A program made the position numbers and the translations under genes. Shown here in pieces: positions 28,636-37,596 of a stretch of 42,135 bases of DNA. The notes beneath the pieces are model-generated. The model made no database searches. It was not told where the DNA came from and worked only from the letters and a program-made list of their open reading frames with translations. The DNA is from an uncultured Methanospirillum sp. (lineage in GTDB: Archaea; Halobacteriota; Methanomicrobia; Methanomicrobiales; Methanospirillaceae): assembly GCA_964637135.1 (NCBI GenBank), contig CAZWTX010000002.1, forward strand, positions 124,001 to 166,135. Direction: 5' to 3'. Position 1 is the first letter of the stretch, and the number at the start of each line of letters is the position of its first letter.

Positions 28636-29196
28636 ATGAGGGCCCGTCAGAATCTTTTCACCGCGATCCAGCCCCGTGCGTTCTCCGTGATCCACGGTTC
28701 ACCTGAGGATTTTGCCCGGGATCTTGCCGATATCCCCGAACAATACCCTGCCGGAAGAATTACCGATCTCACCTCGTACCCCCGCAATCCATACCTCCGG
28801 ATACGTGAGGGGTACCAGGACCGGGTTCATTTCCAGGCCGTCTTCACACTAGATGATCTCATGGAGGCAATCATCACTGACAGATCGACGCTCCTGATCC
28901 TCGAATATTCATTTCACTGGCTAATCACTGCAGACGATGAAGAGATCGACCGGTTTGCCGGGGTATGCCGGGACCGGGCACGATGGTGGGGACCGGTGAT
29001 CCTCATCACCTGCGTGATGGACCGGGAGATGGTCAGGGTGCGGGAACAGGCAGATCAGTATCTTTCGATGATCTCGCTGCTGTATCACGGAAAAGAGGTT
29101 TATTCAAGGGACCAGCGGGGGCTTGGTGATTTTCCGGGAAGGGAGGGGCCGGTTCTCCCAACCGGAAAATGCGGTCAGCAGCAACTGCTCGTGTAG
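28636..29196 (+). CDS. Hypothetical protein resembling inactivated RadA/ImuA-like proteins of Methanomicrobia
   Basis: AVFTLDDLMEAI..STLLILEY and PVILIT..D......ADQY pattern. C-terminal PIP-like DQRGLGDF and GQQQLL. No Walker A. Confidence 0.45.
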   Translation: MRARQNLFTAIQPRAFSVIHGSPEDFARDLADIPEQYPAGRITDLTSYPRNPYLRIREGYQDRVHFQAVFTLDDLMEAIITDRSTLLILEYSFHWLITADDEEIDRFAGVCRDRARWWGPVILITCVMDREMVRVREQADQYLSMISLLYHGKEVYSRDQRGLGDFPGREGPVLPTGKCGQQQLLV

Positions 29197-29200
29197 CGAA

Positions 29201-29587
29201 TCACACCCGTATCCGGCTCTCCCGGATCAGTTCCCTGACCCGTTCGAGACTATGGATCTTCTCCTGGTAACACGTGGTTATCGTTCTCTGGAGCTGATCG
29301 ATGATCCCTTCAACCGGAACAGCAAGCCGGTATACCTGGATCGGTCTTCCTTTTTTCGAGCCAAGATTCCGGGAGACCCCGATCCACTGCCTGCCCATGA
29401 GATCCTTGATCGCAAAACTCACTTCCGGCTGCCTGAGATCTGCCCACCGTTCGATCTCCCGGGATGTGAGATCGATGTCCTTGAGCAGGATCGCAAGAAC
29501 CCGTGCAGTATTCTTCTTCAGTCCGATCTCGGCAAAAATTCCGGAGATCTCCTCATCGAGATCTGAAAAAACCTGATTTGTACGCAC
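29201..29587 (-). CDS. Winged-helix transcriptional regulator (COG4738/EarA-like family)
   Basis: IGLKKNTARVL, TSREIERWADLRQPEVS, KGRPIQVYRL. GTG 29587 follows SD-like GGTGGGG. Confidence 0.8.
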   Translation of the reverse strand: MRTNQVFSDLDEEISGIFAEIGLKKNTARVLAILLKDIDLTSREIERWADLRQPEVSFAIKDLMGRQWIGVSRNLGSKKGRPIQVYRLAVPVEGIIDQLQRTITTCYQEKIHSLERVRELIRESRIRV

Positions 29588-29953
29588 CAGTACCCCACCA
29601 CTGATAGATAGTATCCGGGAAGGGTAATAATAATCACCCCTGATCCCGGCATGGTATTCATTCCAGAATGCCAATAATCCAAAAGCTATTCATATAGCCG
29701 GGCATTGAACTGAACGGGGCAGCGTAATAGTTTTCCGAATATATCAGAGAGAACCCGGCCCCCTTCACCTAGGGTGATATCAGGGCAGGATATCATTCTC
29801 CACCCGGTCAGATCCCACCGGAAGAATTACCGGATCGGGGTATGTCCACCGAAGGCATCCCCCCATATAAAACAGGGGTGTATGACCACTATAGCAGGGT
29901 ATACCTTCTCCCACCGGAAGTAGAGGGAACCGGTCGGATAGGACTGACGCGGA

Positions 29954-31072
29954 TTAAAAAAGCCAGGTCATCCGCGGGATCATGTCTGTCAGGTGATACT
30001 GGTAATCGTCAAGCCACCGTGCCTCGGGATTTGTCCGGTAGACAAGCATTTTATATGCATCATCAGGAGTGGCGACCTGGTGGTATTTCATATAGATGTG
30101 ATGGGCAGTCTTGCCGAGGATCTCGATCTTTCCGGTCTTATGTGACATGATAAACCGGGCCCGTCTGGCAAGTCCGGAACAGCGGGCCTGTGCCTGGTGA
30201 AAGATGTGAAGGCTTTCCTCAAGGGGAACCGTCAGATGCCGGTTCCCCGACGTCGGCCGGCACTGAAAAACATAGTACGGGGAGATACCATGTTTCGTGA
30301 GACCGTTGAAGAGTTCTGAGAGAATCCCGGGGTGATTGTTCACCCCCCGGATAATCGGCGTCTGGTTAATGATCTCGGCACCAGCCTCCTTCAGCAGGTG
30401 TGTCGCTTCCCGTGCCGTACCGGTAAGTTCTACAGGGTGATCAAAATGGGCTACCTGGTAGATCTTCTTCCCCGGATGGACATGTTTCCTGATAACCTCG
30501 ACGATATCAGGATTGGAAATCAGTCTTCCAGGATCATAGGCAAGAACCTTTGAACCGATCCTGATATTGGCGATATGGGGAATCTCCCGGATCGTGGTAA
30601 GAATCTCATCGAGACGGGAAGGAGAAAGCATGAGGGGATCCCCGCCGGAGAGAAGAACATCTGATAGTTCAGGCTGATTCCAGAGGTATTCGGCTGCCTT
30701 CTTCATATCGCAGGTTTCGGGCTCGGAGCCTCCCGAAAAGAGCCGTTTCCTGAAACAGAATCTGCATATTCCGGCACAGACGGAACTGACCAGGAGGAGG
30801 GCGGTCTGCGGGTATTTATGCTGGATTCCCGGCTGAACCGTATACTGTTCTTCACGGGACGGGTCAAGCGTTCCGTGGCCGGCGCATTCCCTTGGATCAG
30901 GCAGGATGATCCGTCGTATCGGATCATTGGGATCTTTCAGATTCATCAGGGAGAGATAGTAGTCATTGGAGCGAAACGGATAGACCCGCTCAACCTCCAG
31001 CATCTGTTCATATTCATGACGGGGAATCAGGGATGATAGTCCGGTCTCATTAAGGGATGAATAGTATTCCAT
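29954..31072 (-). CDS. KamA-family radical SAM protein (lysine 2,3-aminomutase-like)
   Basis: QHKYPQT, CAGICRFCFRKR, DVLLSGGDPL, HFDHPVEL, NQTPIIRGVN, PYYVFQCRP. ATG 31072 follows SD GGAGTTGA. Confidence 0.9.
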   Translation of the reverse strand: MEYYSSLNETGLSSLIPRHEYEQMLEVERVYPFRSNDYYLSLMNLKDPNDPIRRIILPDPRECAGHGTLDPSREEQYTVQPGIQHKYPQTALLLVSSVCAGICRFCFRKRLFSGGSEPETCDMKKAAEYLWNQPELSDVLLSGGDPLMLSPSRLDEILTTIREIPHIANIRIGSKVLAYDPGRLISNPDIVEVIRKHVHPGKKIYQVAHFDHPVELTGTAREATHLLKEAGAEIINQTPIIRGVNNHPGILSELFNGLTKHGISPYYVFQCRPTSGNRHLTVPLEESLHIFHQAQARCSGLARRARFIMSHKTGKIEILGKTAHHIYMKYHQVATPDDAYKMLVYRTNPEARWLDDYQYHLTDMIPRMTWLF

Positions 31073-31290
31073 AGCAATCAACTCCGAAAGGGGGAGTGCC
31101 ACCAGACCGTTATAACCCGGAGGATATGGTGAACCGGCATGTCCCGACAAGGAGAACTCCCGCAGGACATGAATACTGCTCATTACTACTATAAATTGTT
31201 TTTTAACTTTGACCATCAAAAGTGATTATCATATTGCCGGAATCCTCATACAGTTTATCAGTGAAAACGGCAAACGAGAGAGTGAACTGA

Positions 31291-33207
31291 ATGGTGAAAT
31301 CACCCGGTGAGGGTTTGCAACTCCAGATCAGGCAACTCATCGAGCAGTACCCGAAGGGACTGAGTATCGAGGAGATTGCAAAAAGGCTCTCGATCAGCCG
31401 GACAACGGCGGCAAAATACCTCAGCGCGATGGAACAGTCCGGAAAAGTAGAATTGCGCCCATATGGGCCTGCAAAAGTATTCTCCTGTTCCAAACGCGTC
31501 CCCATCGATGAGATCATCTCACTTCTTCCCCATCTCATTCTGGTGCTGAACCGGGATCTCTCTATCATACAGGTAAATACCCCCCTTCTCACCCATTTAA
31601 ACCTTAAACGGGAGGATCTCATCGGCCATGACATCAGGTATTCACCCCTTGGACAATATCTGAATGAAGAACGGATCGAACTCCTCCGCCAGGCTATTTC
31701 CGGGACCTCCCTGACCCTTGAAGAGGATCTGACACTCGGAGAGAACCGGTTCCTCTTCCAGGTCAGGATCATTCCTATCCTTCTCCCTGATGCCGGGCAG
31801 GGGATCCTTCTCCTCCTTGAGGATATCACCACCCTGAAAACCTACCAGTACCATCTTGAGGAACTTGTCGCAGAACGGACAGCCGAACTGAGCGATCTCA
31901 ACCGCCAGCTCCAGGAAGAGATCAGGGACCGGAAAGAAGCCTCCCGGCAGTATGGAGAAAGTCAGAGCCAGTACCGGCAGCTCGTAGATAATTCAACCGA
32001 CCTGATTCTTAAGTATTCAACAGACGGGGTGCTCACCTTCCACAACAGTCTTGCGGAGGAGATTCTTGGATTGAGAAAAAACAGCCGGAAGCGACTGAAT
32101 CTCCTGGGAACATGTCTCCCCGATACCCCGTTATGGAGCACGTTTGCATCGACACTCCTTTCGGAACTGCCGGTAGATCCAGAACTGATCCTCCGGGCCG
32201 AGGTCGAGTACCCATCCGGGCAGCCATGCTGGATCTCATGGACATTTCACTGCATCAGGTCGCTTGCTGGGGTTTCGGAGATCCTCTGTATCGGAACCGA
32301 TATCACCGAACGGGTCCTCTCCGAACGACGTGTGAGGGAATCCGAGGCGACCCTCCGGCGAATCCTTGCCCATCTTCCCGATCCCACCTTTGTCATCGGA
32401 TCTGACAGGAAGATCCTCTTCTGGAACCAGGCGATGGAGGAGATGACCGGAGTTCCTGCCAGGGAGGTGATCGGAAAGGAACGGGGATCCTTCACGCCGT
32501 CAATCTTCGGATACCCCCGGCCGGTTCTGTCAGATCTCATCTTCGAGCCTGATAACGAGGTTATCAGGGGCTATTTCCAGGATCTCTCCCGGGACGGCGA
32601 GGTTCTCACCGCAGAGACACGGGGAATCGGAAAAGACGGGAGGGAGCGGATATTCTGGAGCAAGGCAAGTCCACTCAAGGATGAGGCCGGCACGGTCACG
32701 GCTGCCATCCAATCGCTTCGCGATATCACCCTTCACCAGCAGATGGAGACCGAACTGGCGGTGAGTGAGTGCCGGGTCAGGGGGATGCTTGAGGCATCCA
32801 AGGATCTTATCCTCATCCTTGACCAGGAGAAGAAGGTTCTCTCTTCCAACCATGCATATAACCGGATTACCGGAACTGAAACCCTGATGCTCCGGGGCCT
32901 TCCCATCTCAAAGGCACACCTTCCCGGAAATCCGGCTGACTGGGATCTCCTGCTTGATACGGTGATCCGGACACGGCTCAGCAACCGGGTTGAGATCCCT
33001 GCTATCGTCAAGGACCGTGATATCTGGCTCGACTGTTATATTATTCCCTATTATCCCCAGAATTCACGGGATCTTCACATCCTGCTGGACATGCGTGATA
33101 TCACCACCCTGAAGACAACTGCCGAACCGCTCTGGGATGACGAACGAACCCTCCAGGAGATCAGCCGGCAGGTCTCAAAGATTCTCCCCGGACTTGGCAA
33201 CCAGTGA
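31291..33207 (+). CDS. N-terminal HTH plus multiple PAS-domain sensor/regulator
   Basis: YPKGLSIEEIAKRLSISRTTAAKYL HTH. Four PAS/PAC repeats ending in DIT. No kinase H-box or HATPase domain. Confidence 0.85.
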   Translation: MVKSPGEGLQLQIRQLIEQYPKGLSIEEIAKRLSISRTTAAKYLSAMEQSGKVELRPYGPAKVFSCSKRVPIDEIISLLPHLILVLNRDLSIIQVNTPLLTHLNLKREDLIGHDIRYSPLGQYLNEERIELLRQAISGTSLTLEEDLTLGENRFLFQVRIIPILLPDAGQGILLLLEDITTLKTYQYHLEELVAERTAELSDLNRQLQEEIRDRKEASRQYGESQSQYRQLVDNSTDLILKYSTDGVLTFHNSLAEEILGLRKNSRKRLNLLGTCLPDTPLWSTFASTLLSELPVDPELILRAEVEYPSGQPCWISWTFHCIRSLAGVSEILCIGTDITERVLSERRVRESEATLRRILAHLPDPTFVIGSDRKILFWNQAMEEMTGVPAREVIGKERGSFTPSIFGYPRPVLSDLIFEPDNEVIRGYFQDLSRDGEVLTAETRGIGKDGRERIFWSKASPLKDEAGTVTAAIQSLRDITLHQQMETELAVSECRVRGMLEASKDLILILDQEKKVLSSNHAYNRITGTETLMLRGLPISKAHLPGNPADWDLLLDTVIRTRLSNRVEIPAIVKDRDIWLDCYIIPYYPQNSRDLHILLDMRDITTLKTTAEPLWDDERTLQEISRQVSKILPGLGNQ

Positions 33208-33332
33208 TGCGTCGATTTAGCCCGCAATCCGGGTTCCTGTTTTTTTCTGGATTCCCGGCCGGAATTATCTGTTGCACCCGTCTACCGAGAAGCGGAACTG
33301 GCTTTCATGGACATGGGTTCACCCGTAAACCA

Positions 33333-34097
33333 TCAGATCATACCCATTTGCATGAGAATCTCCGGAGGTATCTCCTGGTCCGGTGTTACTGCAGGAGTGA
33401 CCGGTGCTGCGGCCTGATCCGACGTCCGGACGGCAATATCGATGGTCCCGTATTCTCCTTCTATCCCGAGGATGAAGAACCCTGAGGAGTAGACTGTGAA
33501 CTCTTTCGCTGAAGCAGTGCTAAACCGGCGGTTAAAACCCTCTTCGAAGAGGATCTTTCCAAAGGGATCGCGAACCGTTACCCGGGCCCAGGAGATGAGC
33601 GGGGATCCCTTCGGTGTTACCGAGAACCAGATCGAAAAGGGACCTTTTTCAACGGTTATCTCCCGTTCCCTGATGAGCGTGTTGAGCGGTATGGCAGACT
33701 CGGTGTATATCGTGTAAAGCGGATCAGGCCTGATATCAGGAGAGGGCTCATAATACACGGATGTTCTCCCGGGGACAAAGTGATCAGCCGGCAGCCGGTC
33801 AGGTAAGGATGAGACATGGGAGGTCGGGACAGGAGAGGGAAACGGAACCGGTTCACTGATCTCTATTGGAGTGAGAGGTTGTTCTTCCCCGCTGATATCC
33901 GGATTCTGATCAGGAACGATTTCATCGATGGAGAGATCATGCTCTTCGCCCCCTGACGGAATGGTAATACATCCGGCAGAGAGAAGGGCTGAATAAATGA
34001 GGATCATCGTCATAAGCCAGAACACGTACCTGTCTCGCGCAGTCCCGTTCCCATTATTAAACATGAGATCACTTCTGTAAAATCGACCGGTTTTCAT
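33333..34097 (-). CDS. Hypothetical lipoprotein/membrane-anchored protein
   Basis: Hydrophobic stretch ending in lipobox-like LLSAGC, Pro-rich linker, beta-rich C-domain. ATGA overlap with the upstream receiver gene. Confidence 0.65.
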   Translation of the reverse strand: MKTGRFYRSDLMFNNGNGTARDRYVFWLMTMILIYSALLSAGCITIPSGGEEHDLSIDEIVPDQNPDISGEEQPLTPIEISEPVPFPSPVPTSHVSSLPDRLPADHFVPGRTSVYYEPSPDIRPDPLYTIYTESAIPLNTLIREREITVEKGPFSIWFSVTPKGSPLISWARVTVRDPFGKILFEEGFNRRFSTASAKEFTVYSSGFFILGIEGEYGTIDIAVRTSDQAAAPVTPAVTPDQEIPPEILMQMGMI

Positions 34098-34471
34098 TGC
34101 GTCATCCGGCCATCAATCCGCTGAAGACGATCAAGGGCTGAAAGGACCATATCTTTCCGGCACGGTTTGACAAGGTACCCGGACGCACCAAGCTTCATCC
34201 CAAGCATAACTACCTCCAGGCTTCCTTCGCAGGTACAGAGAAAGATAGGTACCGGATTATTTTCTCCCCTGATAGTCCGGATCACCTCGGTCCCGTTCAT
34301 CGGATCCATGACCAGATCAAGAAATACCACATCCGGATAGGCTGTTCGGATTACTTCTGTCCCGATATCCCCGTCTTTTGCAGTTCCAACAATCTGGTGT
34401 CCTGCATCTGAAAGGATCGAAGCAAGATGATCAATATCCCGAGTATTATCGTCAATAATGATGATACGCAC
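34094..34471 (-). CDS. Single-domain response regulator (CheY-like receiver)
   Basis: IIIIDD, phosphoacceptor VFLDLVM, MNG, conserved Thr, GYLVKP. GTG start. Confidence 0.9.
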   Translation of the reverse strand: MRIIIIDDNTRDIDHLASILSDAGHQIVGTAKDGDIGTEVIRTAYPDVVFLDLVMDPMNGTEVIRTIRGENNPVPIFLCTCEGSLEVVMLGMKLGASGYLVKPCRKDMVLSALDRLQRIDGRMTQ

Positions 34472-34590
34472 AATGCTTCCTGTTGCTGGCTGATCGTATG
34501 CTCAGGGTGTATCTTCCCGTCAATGTGATCAATTATTGCTTAGCAAAATAAAAAAAAGTTCACAACACAGTACCTCAGCAGAGTGATGAG

Positions 34591-37500
34591 ATGGTGACGG
34601 GAGGAGACGGGGTACTCAGCAGGGCGCATGGCAGGGGCCTGATTCTCTCTGAGTACCGGATCCATGACGATATTGTCAGGATCTGCATTACCAGGACGCT
34701 GCAAGGGAAGATGCGCTACCATCTTTCAGAACCGGATCTCCCGGACGGAGGACTGCTCTTGGAGGAGACCAGGTCATGGCTTGGCAAGGCAATCCGCGAT
34801 CCTGGCAAAAAGCAGCAGATCCGGCAAAACCTTCCATCTGCAATACGGGATGAACTTAAAAGGCGTGATCCATCGATCAAACCGGAGATCATGGACCGTA
34901 TCGGGTATTACCTGATACGGGATGCATCAGGGCTCGGAGAGATCCAGCCATTTCTTGAGGATCCCGAGGTCAATCTCGTCAGGATAGATGATAAGGGACA
35001 GGTTGCCATCCTGCACCGGCAGTTCGGCTGCCTTGAAACAGATGTATCCGTATCTGAAACGAAGAAGGGGCATATCTGGAAGAAAATCCTGAACCGGGGC
35101 ATCGATTCCCCAATACAGCTGAAAACTTCAATCCACCTGCAGATCCGTTCCGGGTGGTATGTCAGGGCTATACGAACCCCTGACCCGGGAGAGAGGATAA
35201 CATGCATCGAAATCGGGAAGCATCCTGACCTGTCGGATCATCCGGGGAAGGAACTCTCCACCCTGTTTCCATCTGATGCTTCCCTTGAAGCACTCTACCC
35301 GGTTCACCGTACGATGAATGCCGCTCTTGTCAGACTTAGTGGGGATCTCTCGTATGATCTCCTCCCGGAGGGATTTTCTTTCGCAGACTGGTCGTTTTTC
35401 GATGCCATACGGAGTGCAGTCCCATTCTCCATGCTGAACCACCCGCAGCATATCGCCATGTTAATCCCCCGTATTCTCCCAACCGGCACCGGCGAGATTG
35501 CCGACCGGCTTGCAGATAATATTCGTGCCGATTCTGACCTGGTCAGGCTGATCCGGGTTATGATGACCGATCCCAACCTCGCCGGAATACGGATTTACGG
35601 TCCCGGTCTGCCGATCGAGGTCTCCCACGGTGTCCGAACAGAATGGATTAAAACAAGAATTATCCCCGATCAGCTGGCTATCGACACCCTCGTTGCATTC
35701 TTCCGGAAAGCAGGACGCAAAAAGACCAGCAAGGGAGTAGAACATGAGATCATTTCCTTCGCCGGAGGAGAAGAGGTGATCTTTGATACGCGGGATAATG
35801 ACGGACCCGCCATCACGATCTCACTCACCCGGACCAGTACTGAAGACAACCAGGTCCCGGTCAGTCAGACAGCCGGAACGGGAACGATCCCGATCCCCGG
35901 GTATGAAAGAACACCGGGATCAGATCCCGGAACCGACCGGAGAATTACCGATCTTCTTGACGGGATCTTTGGAGAGGCAGATCCGGATGAACCCGAACCC
36001 GACAACCGGGATCGGGATGCAGGCCGGGATGACGGGGAACCGCCATTCAGGAGACGACGGCCGTTCATGCAGTACCTCTCCGGGATGACCCCGCTTCTTG
36101 GAAAGAAAGAAGAGAAAGAACCAGACCTCACTGTCCCCCAGGTTGAATCAGTCCTGAAGATCGAGGCATACGAGGGAAGCGTAGCCGAGGAGGCATACTG
36201 GTTGATAGAACCGCATGCCTACGCGGTCATCCTCACCGACCGGAACAGGGACCGGGTATACCGGGTTGTCGAGCCTGAACTCAGCACCAGGGAGCGGATC
36301 GTTCTCGAAGAAACCCACGAAACCCTCCGGGATGTCCTCGTATATGACAAACCGGTCAAAAAAGGGAGCCTCTTTCTTGAATACGGAGAGGTGGCACAGG
36401 TGATCAGATCCTATGATCCAGGCATCCCCGACGACCGGATATCAGTCCTTTACTACTACCTGAAACGCAACCTTGCCGGGTACGGGAAGATAGAACCGCT
36501 GATGCATGACGAACTCCTCGAAGATATCTCCTGTAACGGCCATGATCTCCCGGTCTTCGTCCATCATCGCATGTATGGAAGCATCCCGACAAGTGTTTAT
36601 TTCGAATCCGATGAACTGAACCGGTTTGTCCTCAAACTCTCCCAGAAGGCAGACAAACAGGTCTCGCTGACCTCTCCGCTCCTTGACGCGGCCCTTCCCA
36701 CCGGTGCGAGGGCCCAGATAACCTACTCTGATGTCATTTCCACGAAGGGTAGTTCGTTCACCATCCGGAAGTTCCGGACAGATCCGATGACCCCGGTCAC
36801 CCTCATGTCGTTCGGCACGTATGATCCGGAGCTGCTCAGTATCATCTGGCTCGCCCTCGAAAACCGTAAGAGCCTGATCGTCGTCGGGGGTACGGCAAGC
36901 GGGAAGACTTCTGCGATGAACTCGTTCTCATTCTTCATCCCGCATACCTCAAAGATTGTTTCATTAGAAGATACCCGGGAGATCCAGATCCCCCACCGGA
37001 ACTGGCTCCCGGTACAGACACGGGAGAATGCCTCCATCAACGAGCGGGGGAACATCGATCTCTTCGATCTCCTCAAGGCCTCGCTCAGGCAGCGGCCAGA
37101 GTATATCATCGTCGGAGAAGTCAGGGGTAGCGAGGCCCAGACACTCTTCCAGGCAATGAACAGCGGGCATACCACCCTCTCCACCCTCCATGCCGGAACG
37201 ATCGAGGAGGCACTCAACCGACTCACGAACGAACCGATCAACGTTCCCCCCGCGATGTTCGGGGCACTTGACCTGGTAGTTATCCAGTCTTTCCATTACC
37301 AGGACGGACGGATGATCCGGCGATGCGATGCTATTCACGAGATATACCTCGAGGAAGGCGACCGGGTCGGCTGGAACACCCTGTACGAGTATACCCCGGA
37401 GAACGATCAGTTTGTCAAACGATTTGGGCGATCGAAGGTACTTGATGCGATCCGGTACATGCATAACTGGAATGAAAAGGAACTTGCATACCAGCTCGCC

Positions 37501-37596
37501 CTCAGGCGGGAATTTTTAACCCGGCTCAAACACGGAGAGAAGGTCGACCCGGGAACGCTCATCAGGATGATCACCGATTTGAGGAAACGGGCATGA
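34591..37596 (+). CDS. Archaeal type IV pilus assembly ATPase (FlaI/TadA/VirB11-like) with a long N-terminal extension
   Basis: EDISCNG, SSFTIRKF, Walker A GGTASGKT, SLEDTRE, LRQRPEYIIVGEVRG, His box GHTTLSTLHA. Confidence 0.93.
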   Translation: MVTGGDGVLSRAHGRGLILSEYRIHDDIVRICITRTLQGKMRYHLSEPDLPDGGLLLEETRSWLGKAIRDPGKKQQIRQNLPSAIRDELKRRDPSIKPEIMDRIGYYLIRDASGLGEIQPFLEDPEVNLVRIDDKGQVAILHRQFGCLETDVSVSETKKGHIWKKILNRGIDSPIQLKTSIHLQIRSGWYVRAIRTPDPGERITCIEIGKHPDLSDHPGKELSTLFPSDASLEALYPVHRTMNAALVRLSGDLSYDLLPEGFSFADWSFFDAIRSAVPFSMLNHPQHIAMLIPRILPTGTGEIADRLADNIRADSDLVRLIRVMMTDPNLAGIRIYGPGLPIEVSHGVRTEWIKTRIIPDQLAIDTLVAFFRKAGRKKTSKGVEHEIISFAGGEEVIFDTRDNDGPAITISLTRTSTEDNQVPVSQTAGTGTIPIPGYERTPGSDPGTDRRITDLLDGIFGEADPDEPEPDNRDRDAGRDDGEPPFRRRRPFMQYLSGMTPLLGKKEEKEPDLTVPQVESVLKIEAYEGSVAEEAYWLIEPHAYAVILTDRNRDRVYRVVEPELSTRERIVLEETHETLRDVLVYDKPVKKGSLFLEYGEVAQVIRSYDPGIPDDRISVLYYYLKRNLAGYGKIEPLMHDELLEDISCNGHDLPVFVHHRMYGSIPTSVYFESDELNRFVLKLSQKADKQVSLTSPLLDAALPTGARAQITYSDVISTKGSSFTIRKFRTDPMTPVTLMSFGTYDPELLSIIWLALENRKSLIVVGGTASGKTSAMNSFSFFIPHTSKIVSLEDTREIQIPHRNWLPVQTRENASINERGNIDLFDLLKASLRQRPEYIIVGEVRGSEAQTLFQAMNSGHTTLSTLHAGTIEEALNRLTNEPINVPPAMFGALDLVVIQSFHYQDGRMIRRCDAIHEIYLEEGDRVGWNTLYEYTPENDQFVKRFGRSKVLDAIRYMHNWNEKELAYQLALRREFLTRLKHGEKVDPGTLIRMITDLRKRA

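Noticed and set aside
31073..31219. 49-aa N-terminal extension of the KamA-family ORF
   Set aside because: It runs into the AT-rich divergent promoter. A good SD precedes ATG 31072.
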